From: a virus
Taxonomy: Duplodnaviria > Caudoviricetes
Reading direction: 5' to 3' (one strand)
Length of the DNA: 55,268 nucleotides
IMG/VR virus record: IMGVR_UViG_3300036832_001686
Location: 1 to 55,268 of that record
Shown: piece by piece, positions 25,827-35,821 of the stretch
Position numbering within the stretch: the stretch's first letter is position 1
Layout: each line of letters opens with the position of its first letter
Position numbers and translations under genes: made by a program
Notes under the pieces: generated by a model
Databases searched by the model: none
What the model was told of the DNA's origin: nothing
Seen by the model: only the letters and a program-made list of their open reading frames with translations

Positions 25827-27020
25827 ATGGCTGTCCCAAATCCATTCGCTGCGTTGCCGCCCATCAGTTTCACGAACACCGATGTGGCCGCTTTGCAACA
25901 GGCTGTCATCACTGGGTTTCAGCAAGCCTGGAAATTGTCCACCGGCGAGACGCTCGTTCTTTATCCGTCCGATCGCCGCTACAATTTCCTGATGTCATTG
26001 GTCGATTATCTGATCAATGAACGGGAGCTGATCAATCAAAGTGCCCTCCAAAATCTGCTTCCTTACGCCACCGGCGGTTTTTTAGATAACCTCGCCATTC
26101 TATTTAATACCTTGCGCCTGCCGGCCGCTGCGGCGGTGACCACGCTAGAATTTACCTTACCGCAGACCTATCCGACCAGTCAGACGATTCCCGCCGGCAG
26201 CCAGTGTCAATCCAGTTCAACGAATGTGGTGTTCGCGAGCGATAATGATTTGATTATCCCAGCTGGCTATATCAGCGGCCTGGTTACCGCGACCTGTACG
26301 ACCGCCGCTAACGGCGTGGCTAACGGGATTCCGATCGGCGACATCACGACTCTGCTCAACTGGACGAGCTCCGTCTTTACTCCCACAGTTACTAATACCC
26401 AGGTACCGACCGGTGACGCGCCAGTAGAAACTGACGACGTTTTCCGGGTGCGCCTCCTGACCGCTACCGACAGCTATTCGCCGGCTGGGCCAAAAAACAG
26501 ATACAAATTTTACGCTGAGAAAGTCAGTTCTGCGATCTCGGACGTCAGCGTCATGGGACCAGAAGACGGCCTGGCTCCCGGTAATGTGCTGGTCACCATC
26601 CTCCTTCAGAACGGCGTTTATCCGACACCCACCTTTCTCTCCGAGGTCTCGAGCGCGCTTAACCCTGATGATGTCCGCGATCTCTGCGCGAACGTGAGCG
26701 TCTTCGCGCCCACCGGCGTTCCCTTCAGTGTGACCGTTAATTATTACGTCGATGAATCCCAGGCTAACAACGTTGTCAATATTCAGAAGAGCGTCCAAAC
26801 GGCGGTTACCAATTGGATCTATGGGAACCAGACCGCATTAGGCGGCGCCATTACGCCGACCTCTTTAATCTCGGCCGTTTACGGCGCCGGCGCTTCTTAC
26901 GTCGATCCTGCCTCACTCTTACCGGCAAGCCGGATCGCGCTGAACCTGAACCAAATTGGGATCTTGGTGGATGACCCGATAGTTAACTATTTGGGCTTAG
27001 AAATGGACTCTCAGATTTGA
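25827..27020 (+). CDS. Baseplate protein gpJ
   Basis: QNLLPYATGGFLDNL, ETDDVFRVR, SPAGPKNRY and VRDLCANV. Confidence 0.93.
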   Translation: MAVPNPFAALPPISFTNTDVAALQQAVITGFQQAWKLSTGETLVLYPSDRRYNFLMSLVDYLINERELINQSALQNLLPYATGGFLDNLAILFNTLRLPAAAAVTTLEFTLPQTYPTSQTIPAGSQCQSSSTNVVFASDNDLIIPAGYISGLVTATCTTAANGVANGIPIGDITTLLNWTSSVFTPTVTNTQVPTGDAPVETDDVFRVRLLTATDSYSPAGPKNRYKFYAEKVSSAISDVSVMGPEDGLAPGNVLVTILLQNGVYPTPTFLSEVSSALNPDDVRDLCANVSVFAPTGVPFSVTVNYYVDESQANNVVNIQKSVQTAVTNWIYGNQTALGGAITPTSLISAVYGAGASYVDPASLLPASRIALNLNQIGILVDDPIVNYLGLEMDSQI

Positions 27021-27028
27021 TCTAACCC

Positions 27029-27859
27029 ATGGACGTTCTCTCCCCAGCACCGGTTCTGCCTTCAGGTCCATATCTCGGACATTTCCCGGATGAGGCATCG
27101 CTACCGGCTAACCCGGTCGCTATGGAATGGGTGCTGGTCGGTCCAGGGAACGAGATCTTTATTGCGAATTGGCATGGGGCTTTTGTGAGCACCACTCAGA
27201 ATTTCGGCGGCTCCTTCCTATTGTATCTTTCGCCGGCAGTTGAACAGGACCAATTCTTTAACGCTTCGGCGAACACGCTCGATCCGCTCTTAGCCGATGT
27301 CCGATCTTTAATCCCGGTGAATCAGGTAATCGGTAACCTGCCGAATATCGCTAACTTCTTAAGTGAACAGCAAGCCGAAGTAACGCTCGATTTTCTCGCC
27401 GTCTACCATTTCGACCTCGACACGTATTACATCTACAATCCGGCCGATTCGACCGCCCAACGGATCGCTCGGAAACTGCAATTCGTGCTAGCGGCTATCA
27501 CGAGCAAGATCCGCAAAGGCACTCCTTCCATGGTCAAGGCGGCAATGAATAACGCCTTTTCGTACGCGGAGTTGATTGAATGGTTTACCGATTTACCGCC
27601 CATCTCACCGTGGCAGAATCAACCAACGGCCACACCGACCAGCCGAGGTGCGCCTAGCACTTTCAGAATCCAGATCGCTGATCCGCTTACTGACCCGAAT
27701 AAGGTTAGCCAGATGGTTTCCACCATTCTGAAAGTTAAAAACGCTCGCTCTTATTTCTCGGGGATCTCCTCATTCGAGACCTGCACCGGCGCCGAATACA
27801 TCGGGCTCGCGATCGCTTGTTATGACTACCTGATCGTCCGTCTACCCGTCACCACCTAG
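27029..27859 (+). CDS. Baseplate protein gpI-like
   Basis: LDFLAVYHF, RKGTPSMV, IEWF and KVKNARS. Confidence 0.85.
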   Translation: MDVLSPAPVLPSGPYLGHFPDEASLPANPVAMEWVLVGPGNEIFIANWHGAFVSTTQNFGGSFLLYLSPAVEQDQFFNASANTLDPLLADVRSLIPVNQVIGNLPNIANFLSEQQAEVTLDFLAVYHFDLDTYYIYNPADSTAQRIARKLQFVLAAITSKIRKGTPSMVKAAMNNAFSYAELIEWFTDLPPISPWQNQPTATPTSRGAPSTFRIQIADPLTDPNKVSQMVSTILKVKNARSYFSGISSFETCTGAEYIGLAIACYDYLIVRLPVTT

Positions 27860-27864
27860 AGCTT

Positions 27865-29799
27865 ATGGCATTCACCGCTTTTTATCTCACGCAAAACGGC
27901 CAGCAGCTGATTACGCAGGCTATCGCCAGTAGCGGTCTCATCAATTATACGCGGGTAGAATACGGGAGCGGTTATCCGGCTAGCGGCGATTCCCCGTCCA
28001 ATTTCACCCAGCTGAAAAATTATGTGATGGATGGGACCATCACCGGCGTCAATGCCGAGGTTCTCTATCAGGTCACGATCCGCTCTAATGTCCAGAGTAA
28101 GAACGCGCCATTTACTTTTCAGGTGAACGAAGTGGGCGTCTTTGCCACACTGAATAACGGCCCGCAAACGCTGGTCGCCTACATCACAACCGGCGCGCCC
28201 AACGGCGATACTATCAACCCGACGCCGGCCGCGAGTAACATCGTCAAAGATTACGCCTGGCTCTTGCCGTTTAGCCAAGCGCCCAATACCACCGCCACCG
28301 TTACCCTGGCCCAAGAAGTGGGTTTACACGCTCCCAGCCACCTCGGACAAGGTGCCGCTGTCGCCGGCGTCGATCCGATCCCGAACGTTAGCCAGGCTAA
28401 TACTGGGCTTGTTCCTTTTATCCCGACACCGGATCCCGGTTCGCTTTCCTTGTTCACAGACGGCACCGGCAACGCTTTCTGGTCGAGCGCCCAACTGTTG
28501 CTCAGTAGCAATCTGACCCTTTACGTTAAGACCGTGGCCAACGGCGGCAACGATGCGACCGCGCAACCCAACGATTTGACCCATCCCTGGGCTACCCTGC
28601 AAGGGGCCTGGAATTATCTGCGCAAATATGTGTTCGCTCCAGGGATCGCTGCCACTATCAGCATGGGTGACGGCGTTTATGCCACCGCCTCTCCTGGTCT
28701 CTCGCTCGATCACGTAAACGGTTCCCAGATCCAAATTATTCCCACTACTGCGCCCACTCCGATTGACATGAGTTTTACGAATGCCGCGGTGGTTGGCGGA
28801 AGCGCTTATCTGTGGAGCGTACAACTGACCGGCCTGAGTTCGACCGCTCCGCTGGTAGTCGGTAATTATCTGACGGTCTGGCAAGCCTCTGGCGGCACTA
28901 ATTCGAGCGGCGTTCTGCTAACTGGTTGTTTTAAAATCACCGCGAAAACTGCCAGCACGGTGACCATTACTGTACCCTATCGCACCACCATTCCTGCACT
29001 GACTGGTGCCAGCGGCTCACTAACTCCGCACAATGTCGTTCTACCTTTAGCTGCTAACCAGGCAATAACAATCGGTCAGCATGGCGTTAACACGTTTCAA
29101 GGAATCGCAGTAGTGGCGGGGGTGGCACCTTCGGCCGGTGCGGCATTTCCTTTGCTCTCAGTCCTAGGCAGTATCAACATTTATCGTTGTGGTTTTTCTG
29201 GCAATCTTCCCTCTGCCGGCTATGCCGGGGCTGGCGAATATTTTGGCTGTTACTTGAGCGGCGGTGCCGGGATTATTTATAAATGTGGTGCCACCGGAAA
29301 TATGATTGGCTTTACAGTCGTCGGTCGCGGCACCTATAATTTTATTTGGTGCGCCGGTAGCAATAATTCCGGTTACGGCCTCTCGTTAGATAACGGTACC
29401 GCCTATAGTCTTCCTGACAATGTGAGCAGTCCCACCAGCGGAAGCGCTCTGTTTTATAATTGCGGTAATGGTTCGCACGGCCTGTTCACGGCCAATAATT
29501 CTACCCTAGGTTGCGAAGGAGCTTGGCAGACTATTAGCGGTACGCTGACCGCCGTGGGTGGCAGTTTCCTAAATTATTACAATGGGGGGTGGGGCACCGA
29601 TATGCTCCAAAGCATCACCGCTGCCACCTTCAGCTACGGGAGCGGCCAACCGAATTGTACTTATATCAATTCTAATTATAACGCTTCCGGCGATTTAGCG
29701 GTTTCTAGTCTGGCTGTAGCCAATGCTCCCAATATCGGAGGGCAAGTATTCAACCAGGCCCGCGGCACCCTCACCGCTAATGGGGTTATCAACGGCTAA
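27865..29799 (+). CDS. Tail fibre / tailspike (gpH-like N-terminus, beta-helix-like body)
   Basis: YLTQNGQQL...NEVGVFAT; LYVKT...GND...PWATLQGA; Gly/Asn-rich repeats. Confidence 0.85.
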   Translation: MAFTAFYLTQNGQQLITQAIASSGLINYTRVEYGSGYPASGDSPSNFTQLKNYVMDGTITGVNAEVLYQVTIRSNVQSKNAPFTFQVNEVGVFATLNNGPQTLVAYITTGAPNGDTINPTPAASNIVKDYAWLLPFSQAPNTTATVTLAQEVGLHAPSHLGQGAAVAGVDPIPNVSQANTGLVPFIPTPDPGSLSLFTDGTGNAFWSSAQLLLSSNLTLYVKTVANGGNDATAQPNDLTHPWATLQGAWNYLRKYVFAPGIAATISMGDGVYATASPGLSLDHVNGSQIQIIPTTAPTPIDMSFTNAAVVGGSAYLWSVQLTGLSSTAPLVVGNYLTVWQASGGTNSSGVLLTGCFKITAKTASTVTITVPYRTTIPALTGASGSLTPHNVVLPLAANQAITIGQHGVNTFQGIAVVAGVAPSAGAAFPLLSVLGSINIYRCGFSGNLPSAGYAGAGEYFGCYLSGGAGIIYKCGATGNMIGFTVVGRGTYNFIWCAGSNNSGYGLSLDNGTAYSLPDNVSSPTSGSALFYNCGNGSHGLFTANNSTLGCEGAWQTISGTLTAVGGSFLNYYNGGWGTDMLQSITAATFSYGSGQPNCTYINSNYNASGDLAVSSLAVANAPNIGGQVFNQARGTLTANGVING

Positions 29800-29802
29800 T
29801 TT

Positions 29803-30189
29803 ATGGCAGTCACCTATAACATCACCGTAAGAGCCGACCGCGATTATTATCTGCCGATCACGGTACAGACCGACTTAAATAATCCGGCCGGGCTAACGGG
29901 TTATATCTGTGTGATGACCGTCAAACGCACGGTGAATGATCCCGACGCTGCCGCCTTATTTAAAGGCCAACCTTTTTCGAGTAACTTGGGACTAGGCCGA
30001 TTCACCTTTCATATCCCGAGAGCCATCAACAATACTTGGTGGGTATCACCGCCAAGCGGCAGCGGTCCAGTCAGTACGTCGATCGCCTATGATGTCTCGG
30101 TCCAAGACAGTGCGCCTAGTCCTAACTGGGTGACCTTACTCGAGGGCAGCGTCACTGTCATTGCTCCCCTAACCCGGACGATTCCCTAA
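29803..30189 (+). CDS. BppU/Ig-like tail-associated protein
   Basis: YNITV, YDVSV and TLLEGSVTV pattern. Confidence 0.65.
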   Translation: MAVTYNITVRADRDYYLPITVQTDLNNPAGLTGYICVMTVKRTVNDPDAAALFKGQPFSSNLGLGRFTFHIPRAINNTWWVSPPSGSGPVSTSIAYDVSVQDSAPSPNWVTLLEGSVTVIAPLTRTIP

Positions 30190-30191
30190 CC

Positions 30192-31445
30192 ATGCCGGCT
30201 ACTTTTCCACCCTCGGACGGTTCGGTTATTATTACGGTTGACGAACAGCTCAACGCTACCGGGTTAACTATCGACACCACCGAGTTAGTTATTCCGGATC
30301 CGCAGCCTCAAAAGATCGTACTCGCACTAGAAGAATCCATGGGGGCACCTGGGTCAAACGGCTCGCAAGGTCCACCCGGTGAAATTGGCCCACCCGGCCA
30401 ACCTGGGGTTGCTGGCCCGCCTGGTCAACCCGGAGCAACGGGGCCGGCGGGACCGATCGGAAGCACCGGACAAGGTTACAGTTGGCGGGGGGCGTGGAAT
30501 AGTGCCACCACCTATAATCCGTACGACAACGTTTCCTATAACGGTTCAAGTTATACTTGCATCGCCGCGAACACGAACCAGGTACCGACTAACACGGCAT
30601 ACTGGAACCTGATTGCCCAGATCGGGGCGACGGGCGCGACCGGGAGCCAAGGGCCGCAAGGGCCGCAAGGGCCAGGTTCGGGCGATATGCTCAAAAGCGT
30701 TTACGATACCAACAATAATGGTGTTGTGGACACCTGCGATTCGCTAGCCTATAGCAAGTTGACCGGAGTTCCGGCGACTCCCACCGTCAGCACGGCGTTG
30801 AATGTCGGGACAGCAACTGGAACGGGTGGCTTTGTTTCTGGCACCTACACAACGCCCGCCGGGGTGAAATGGCTTGAAATTCGAGCTGTTGGCGGTGGTG
30901 GTGGATCAGCGGGTTCAGGAGTAAGTGGTGCAACTAATGGTACGGCAGGAGGCCCAACGATCTTTGGTACATCGCTAATTACCTGTAATGGCGGCGGTGC
31001 TCCAGGTGCAGCGGGACCCTCAGTAGGAGGAGCAGGCGGCACAGCATCAATAGGTTCAGGTGCCGCCGGAACTGCCGTAACGGGCGGCGGCGGTTGTGGA
31101 TCTATGGCAAACGCCGCCTCGGTAGGGTATCCCCATGCTGGTCCTGGCGGCTCATCTTTCCTTGGTGGTGGCGGTTATGGCGGTGGTCCAAATAGTTCAG
31201 GGGGTGCTGGTACACCGAATAGCGGCGGCGGCGGCGGTGGCCCTGGAGCTAATAATGTTGCTAATTCGTCATCAGGTGCCTCCGGTGGCGCAGGCGGTGG
31301 CGTCATCGCGATTATTAGTGTTCCGCTAGCTACTTATACATATTCAATAGGTACTCCTGGTGGCGGAGGAGCCGCGGGTGCTAACGGTGCAGGTGGTTCT
31401 AACGGCGGTTCCGGCGGCATCTGGGTCATTGAACATTATTCCTAA
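30192..31445 (+). CDS. Collagen-repeat fibre with CBM5/12-like module and glycine-rich domain
   Basis: G-X-Y repeats; WNSATTYNPYDNVSYNGSSY...YW; YTTPAGVKWLEIRAVGGGGG...GGSGGIWVIEH. Confidence 0.85.
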   Translation: MPATFPPSDGSVIITVDEQLNATGLTIDTTELVIPDPQPQKIVLALEESMGAPGSNGSQGPPGEIGPPGQPGVAGPPGQPGATGPAGPIGSTGQGYSWRGAWNSATTYNPYDNVSYNGSSYTCIAANTNQVPTNTAYWNLIAQIGATGATGSQGPQGPQGPGSGDMLKSVYDTNNNGVVDTCDSLAYSKLTGVPATPTVSTALNVGTATGTGGFVSGTYTTPAGVKWLEIRAVGGGGGSAGSGVSGATNGTAGGPTIFGTSLITCNGGGAPGAAGPSVGGAGGTASIGSGAAGTAVTGGGGCGSMANAASVGYPHAGPGGSSFLGGGGYGGGPNSSGGAGTPNSGGGGGGPGANNVANSSSGASGGAGGGVIAIISVPLATYTYSIGTPGGGGAAGANGAGGSNGGSGGIWVIEHYS

Positions 31446-32318
31446 ATGAGTCAGCCATTCAATAGCGGCATTTATGATCCGGACCAGTTGATGGCCAGCC
31501 TGACCAGTTTCACGATCGAAGCTAACTTTGCCAGCTGGTCACCTTGGGATAATTCCAGTGTCACTTCCTGGTTAGCCACCGTTGCCAGCCGCAACCGGTC
31601 GCCGCTCCTCACCATCCAATGTTATGCCGGCAGCGGCTTGTCCGCTAACATCGTCGGGGATATCACCGCAGGCGCTTATGACGCGACCCTGAATCAGATC
31701 TGCGCCACCCTAAATGCCGGCACCTATGCCACCAAGGCTGTCCCCATCGTGCGAATCCTGCACAATATGGAAATGGTGTCACCGACGTTCCCGTGGGCGT
31801 CACCGGATACCGCCGCTTCAATTGCTGCCTTCCGCTACATTGTCCATTACATGCAAGCCCAACTGACCGTCGGCATTCACTTCATGTGGAGTCCGGTCGG
31901 CGATGATCAGCGCGTCCCCAGTTATTGGCCGGGTCGAGACGTCGTCGATCTGGTGGGCTCTTCCCTTTACATCTGGAGCCAATACGAGCTGGACTATCAA
32001 AACCCGCCCCTGATTCGATCCTTTGCCGATCAAATGGCCGCTAAATACGGAATTTTGAGTCCGTTCAATAAACCGATCATGGTCGCCGAGTGCGGCATCT
32101 CTTACACCGGTGCCGGCTCGGGCTTCGGCTACAAAGGCGCTAAACGCAAATGGCTCTTTGACGCGTTCAACGCGATTAAAAGCGGTACCTGGCCACTCTT
32201 GACGACACTGGTCTATAGCAATTTCACCGATAACACCGGCGCCTGGTCGCGCTGGGAAAGTCAAAACCCGGATTTCCACGTGAGTTTCAGCGTGTTCACC
32301 AGTTGGTTTGGGAACTAA
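31446..32318 (+). CDS. Glycoside hydrolase family 26-like protein
   Basis: GAYD, RILHNME, FMWSP, YWPGRDVVDLVG and KPIMVAECG. Confidence 0.82.
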   Translation: MSQPFNSGIYDPDQLMASLTSFTIEANFASWSPWDNSSVTSWLATVASRNRSPLLTIQCYAGSGLSANIVGDITAGAYDATLNQICATLNAGTYATKAVPIVRILHNMEMVSPTFPWASPDTAASIAAFRYIVHYMQAQLTVGIHFMWSPVGDDQRVPSYWPGRDVVDLVGSSLYIWSQYELDYQNPPLIRSFADQMAAKYGILSPFNKPIMVAECGISYTGAGSGFGYKGAKRKWLFDAFNAIKSGTWPLLTTLVYSNFTDNTGAWSRWESQNPDFHVSFSVFTSWFGN

Positions 32319-32323
32319 ATTTT

Positions 32324-32653
32324 ATGCCGGTCGATCCTTTCAACACCGTCGCCCAGATATTCCGAAACCGGCAATGGATCCAAACGATCACTAGCCCCAA
32401 TGATCTGACCGGCAGCGAGCTTGCACTAGTGGTGATCTCGCCGGTAACCACGGTGTTAGTTAATACGGCACCCTCTATCGTTGCCAATAGCGCTACCTTC
32501 GTCTTTCTCGATTCTGACACCGCGCAGTTAACCGCTGGTGGCCCTTATCGCTGGCAAGCCTTGTCTCGGACTGGCTCCGGTTCTGGGGCCGGTTCCACCG
32601 TGATCGTTGCTGGGCCATTGGTGGTATTCGAATCACCACCCTGGCCGCTATAA
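32324..32653 (+). CDS. Small Ig-like structural protein
   Basis: DLTGSEL...DTAQLTAG...YRWQ...IVAGPLVV; resembles 29803..30189. Confidence 0.55.
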   Translation: MPVDPFNTVAQIFRNRQWIQTITSPNDLTGSELALVVISPVTTVLVNTAPSIVANSATFVFLDSDTAQLTAGGPYRWQALSRTGSGSGAGSTVIVAGPLVVFESPPWPL

Positions 32654-32663
32654 AGGAAATCCT

Positions 32664-32855
32664 ATGATCCCATTACTAATTCACCTCTTAATCGTTATCG
32701 TGGTTCTGGGCTTAATCTTCTGGGTGGTTTGGTGGGCGCTCAATTATCTGCCCTTACCGCAACCCTTTGCTCAGATCGTGCGATTTATCGTCGTACTGAT
32801 CTTTGCTTTGATCCTGATCTATCTGCTCTTGCCTTTACTCAACGCCCATTTCTGA
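32664..32855 (+). CDS. Small two-TM membrane protein (holin candidate)
   Basis: Two hydrophobic segments flanking LPLPQPF. Confidence 0.65.
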   Translation: MIPLLIHLLIVIVVLGLIFWVVWWALNYLPLPQPFAQIVRFIVVLIFALILIYLLLPLLNAHF

Positions 32856-33038
32856 ATGACAAAACAGGACGTTAATCACATCTACGAAGAATCGGTTTAC
32901 CAGATCCGCTTAAGGGTGGCGATCAACCTCCTAGCGGTGCCGGGAATAAGCCACAACGATGCTTTGGCAGAAGCAGACAAATTCGTTGAGCGACTACAGG
33001 ATGAAGATGCCAGCTGGTTACTAAGCCGATACAAATAA
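32856..33038 (+). CDS. Hypothetical protein
   Basis: 60-aa ORF tightly packed between its neighbours. Confidence 0.55.
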   Translation: MTKQDVNHIYEESVYQIRLRVAINLLAVPGISHNDALAEADKFVERLQDEDASWLLSRYK

Positions 33039-33043
33039 ACTCG

Positions 33044-34306
33044 ATGAAGATCATCACCTTCGGCCGCAAAGTTACTGTCATTACCCGCAACGGAGCGCAC
33101 AACTCAGAAGTCAGCGCTAACCCTGGCGAACGCTTGATTTTCGATAACGAGAACGCGCTGACCATCCAGCAGAACCCGGACAGTGCCCGGTATATTTATG
33201 AGATTACTGATCTGAATCCCTTGCTCGCGGAACTGCCGGCACCGAAATCCTGGACGAAAATGAAGGTACTTTTTTTTAGAAATCGCGGGATCGGTGACCA
33301 ACTAATCGCTTCGGCCGGCTCCCGCTATTTCCGGGAAACTCTCGGCGCCGATTCCCATCAACTCTGTGACCGGGTCCACGAACCGCTTTGGGCGTATAAT
33401 CCCTACATCGGCGGATCGGCTTTAATACCGCCCTTGCATCTGGATGCGGTCTGGCGAGCCAAGAAAATGCACCCGTTTTTCGATAAAGCTTTTTTTATCG
33501 AATCACTCACCGAATGGGACAACGACTCCGAACAACCCAACGTTTATGACCGGCTTTTTGCTATGCTCGGTATTCGGCCCGAGACGGTTAGCCCAAAATT
33601 CAAACGACCAACCTTTGCCCTCCAACAGGAAGATATCGAGACCCGGATTAATTGGTTGCGCCAGGTAGCAGCGGCCACGGACAAATCCTTTGAGAATGGC
33701 TATGTTTTTGTCCAGCTCCGCGCCACCAATAAACCGCGCTCCTTGCCTCAATCGGTCATTGAGAAGGTGCTGTATGCCGCGAACGAATTCGCCGCTCCGC
33801 GGCAGCTCCCGGTCCTGGTCACCGATGATCAACCGCTGGAGCCAGCCATCGCCAAGCTCGTCCTCCAGACGCCCAGCGCCATCAATGTGGCCACCGCCAT
33901 AAACAGTGTCCGTTTGCTCGGTTCCTTGATTGCCGGCGCGTCGCTTATCATCGGTCCGGATTCTAGCTCGATCCATTTCGCCGCCGCTTTCGAGACGCCC
34001 ACTATCGGCATCTGGGGTCCATTCGATCCGGCTTGCCGCACGGCCTATTACCCAAACCAGATCCATCTCTGGCACCGCCAGCTTTGCAAGCATAGCCCCT
34101 GCTATAATTATCTGCCCGAGCTCCCCATTCAGAAATGTCCGCGTGGCCAAGCCCAGACCACTTGTGAAGTGTTCGCCGGCGTCACCGTGGAAGAAATAGA
34201 GACCGCGATCGCTCAACTCGTCCACTGGAAAAAGCCAGCCAGTAAAATCCGCGAAGTTGATTTCTCGGTCACGTCTGTCGCGAACTCTGGCCCGGCTACC
34301 GCTTAA
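33044..34306 (+). CDS. Glycosyltransferase family 9 (heptosyltransferase-like)
   Basis: RNRGIGD and IIGPDSSSIHFAAAFETPTIGIWGP...C...PC. Confidence 0.9.
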   Translation: MKIITFGRKVTVITRNGAHNSEVSANPGERLIFDNENALTIQQNPDSARYIYEITDLNPLLAELPAPKSWTKMKVLFFRNRGIGDQLIASAGSRYFRETLGADSHQLCDRVHEPLWAYNPYIGGSALIPPLHLDAVWRAKKMHPFFDKAFFIESLTEWDNDSEQPNVYDRLFAMLGIRPETVSPKFKRPTFALQQEDIETRINWLRQVAAATDKSFENGYVFVQLRATNKPRSLPQSVIEKVLYAANEFAAPRQLPVLVTDDQPLEPAIAKLVLQTPSAINVATAINSVRLLGSLIAGASLIIGPDSSSIHFAAAFETPTIGIWGPFDPACRTAYYPNQIHLWHRQLCKHSPCYNYLPELPIQKCPRGQAQTTCEVFAGVTVEEIETAIAQLVHWKKPASKIREVDFSVTSVANSGPATA

Positions 34307-34567
34307 AAATAAAACTGCTTGGTGAAACGGTCATGCGCTCCCGACAGATACTCGTCATCGGATTTACGGGCTTGTCTTCGGGCTATGATTATGGGTTTGG
34401 TCCGATGTCCAGTCCCCTGCGTTCCACCAAACAGCGAAAAGAACAAACGACGTTCGTAATTATTTACAAGACATTCCTCGGTCCTGAGAAATGGCGCGGC
34501 GTGAAGTTTTGAAGCTCCCATGGACATGTCCAGTGACCCAGAAGGTCAACGCCGCGTTTAAAACATT

Positions 34568-34765
34568 ATGAGCATTACCGTCGTCTGCCCTCGGGTCAAA
34601 TCCCATCCCATGCCCGAGGTGGATTCGACTTTCCGCCGATGCGATATCTGTAATCAGATGATCTGGATGCCGCTCGCCGTTAAAGCCCCTGATCACCTAG
34701 TCTGCGTCGAATGTTTTACCGAGGAAAATACCTTGGCTAAACTCTTTTCCGCCCGCATTCGTTAG
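34568..34765 (+). CDS. Small Zn-finger protein
   Basis: CDIC...CVEC. Confidence 0.5.
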   Translation: MSITVVCPRVKSHPMPEVDSTFRRCDICNQMIWMPLAVKAPDHLVCVECFTEENTLAKLFSARIR

Positions 34766-34944
34766 CGCTTTTTTGCGGTTCCGAATACGCCGAATAGCAA
34801 CCGCTCGATTAGCTCCCCCTTCGAACACCCGGCTTTGGCCGCTGCACGGGTAAGCGCGGCGAATCCTTCGGGGCTTATCTTCACCGTCAAGTGTACTCTG
34901 CCGGTGGACGGGCGCCCTGCCTTTTTCCGTGGCGGTTGACTCAT
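34762..34944 (-). CDS. Ribbon-helix-helix regulator
   Basis: AGRPSTGRVHLTVKISPEGFAALTRAAAKAGCSKGELIERL. Confidence 0.7.
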   Translation of the reverse strand: MSQPPRKKAGRPSTGRVHLTVKISPEGFAALTRAAAKAGCSKGELIERLLFGVFGTAKKR

Positions 34945-34969
34945 CACTGGGAAGGTAACCGCCGGGGAG

Positions 34970-35043
34970 TTTCGTGACAACGTAATTTAATTTCGTGATA
35001 ACGAAATGGCTTGCACCTTATTGGGAATGTGCATAATTTCGTG
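34970..35043. promoter_or_regulatory. Divergent promoter/operator region
   Basis: TTTCGTG three times, palindrome ATTTCGT-GATA-ACGAAAT (34990-35007), and TTGCAC...TGTGCATAAT before ATG 35047. Confidence 0.55.
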
Positions 35044-35046
35044 CTC

Positions 35047-35583
35047 ATGAAATTCAAACATAAAATTTCACTAAAAGTCGTTGCGGCCGGTATCCTGGCC
35101 GCTTTTACCGTTCTGCTCACTTGCCAGGCTCGGGCCGATCTGGGCGATACTTACGCCCAATCTTGCCGCCGGTACGGGTGCCGTGGCACTGTTTCTGGCA
35201 ATGAAATGCGATGGGCGATCGAAGGTAACAACCTCATCGTTCAAGAGGTCTTTTATCGCAATCAATGCGTAGCGATCCAATATACGCCATCTCATGGCAG
35301 GCACCTCATCGAGAGTGCGATCTGGGGATTACTCCAGAGGAATGTGCGCTCAGGGGACCATTGGCACACCTATGACAATGACAGCTACGGCCAGCCGGAA
35401 TACACCAATGATGGCAACGATATTCTTGGCAAACTCCTCACTAGCGATAGTGGCCAATTGCGTATCGCTTACAGGAGCTGGTTGAATCGGCATGGAATGA
35501 TGAATGAAAGCCCAAGTAATGGCGGTGGTGACGATGGCGGTAGCTATGGTCGCGCACCCGTTGATGAAAGTGGGGCTGTCTAA
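35047..35583 (+). CDS. Secreted hypothetical protein
   Basis: Signal peptide ending QARA-DLGDT. Confidence 0.7.
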   Translation: MKFKHKISLKVVAAGILAAFTVLLTCQARADLGDTYAQSCRRYGCRGTVSGNEMRWAIEGNNLIVQEVFYRNQCVAIQYTPSHGRHLIESAIWGLLQRNVRSGDHWHTYDNDSYGQPEYTNDGNDILGKLLTSDSGQLRIAYRSWLNRHGMMNESPSNGGGDDGGSYGRAPVDESGAV

Positions 35584-35584
35584 G

Positions 35585-35821
35585 ATGAAACTACTCCTAA
35601 TCACGCTTGGAGCCGTCGCCCTTGCTATCGGGGTTGGTGTAACCATCAACGCGTTCAGATACTCGCGGCCGTCAGTCACTACCGTTGAGGGCGCAAAGGT
35701 CGGGCTCGAGAAGCGGCTCTCAGTAATACTAGGGGACCATGACGAGCTGACAATTCCAGCGATCCCAGGCGATTACACTGGCGCAGATGTCCTAGGTCTG
35801 AACAGGAAATATTTAATATGA
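35585..35821 (+). CDS. Small membrane/secreted protein
   Basis: MKLLLITLGAVALAIGVGV. Confidence 0.55.
   Translation: MKLLLITLGAVALAIGVGVTINAFRYSRPSVTTVEGAKVGLEKRLSVILGDHDELTIPAIPGDYTGADVLGLNRKYLI

Noticed and set aside
35148-35154. Minus-strand GTAAGTA inside the secreted-protein gene
   Set aside because: About 200 nt from the nearest plausible start; a few chance copies are expected.
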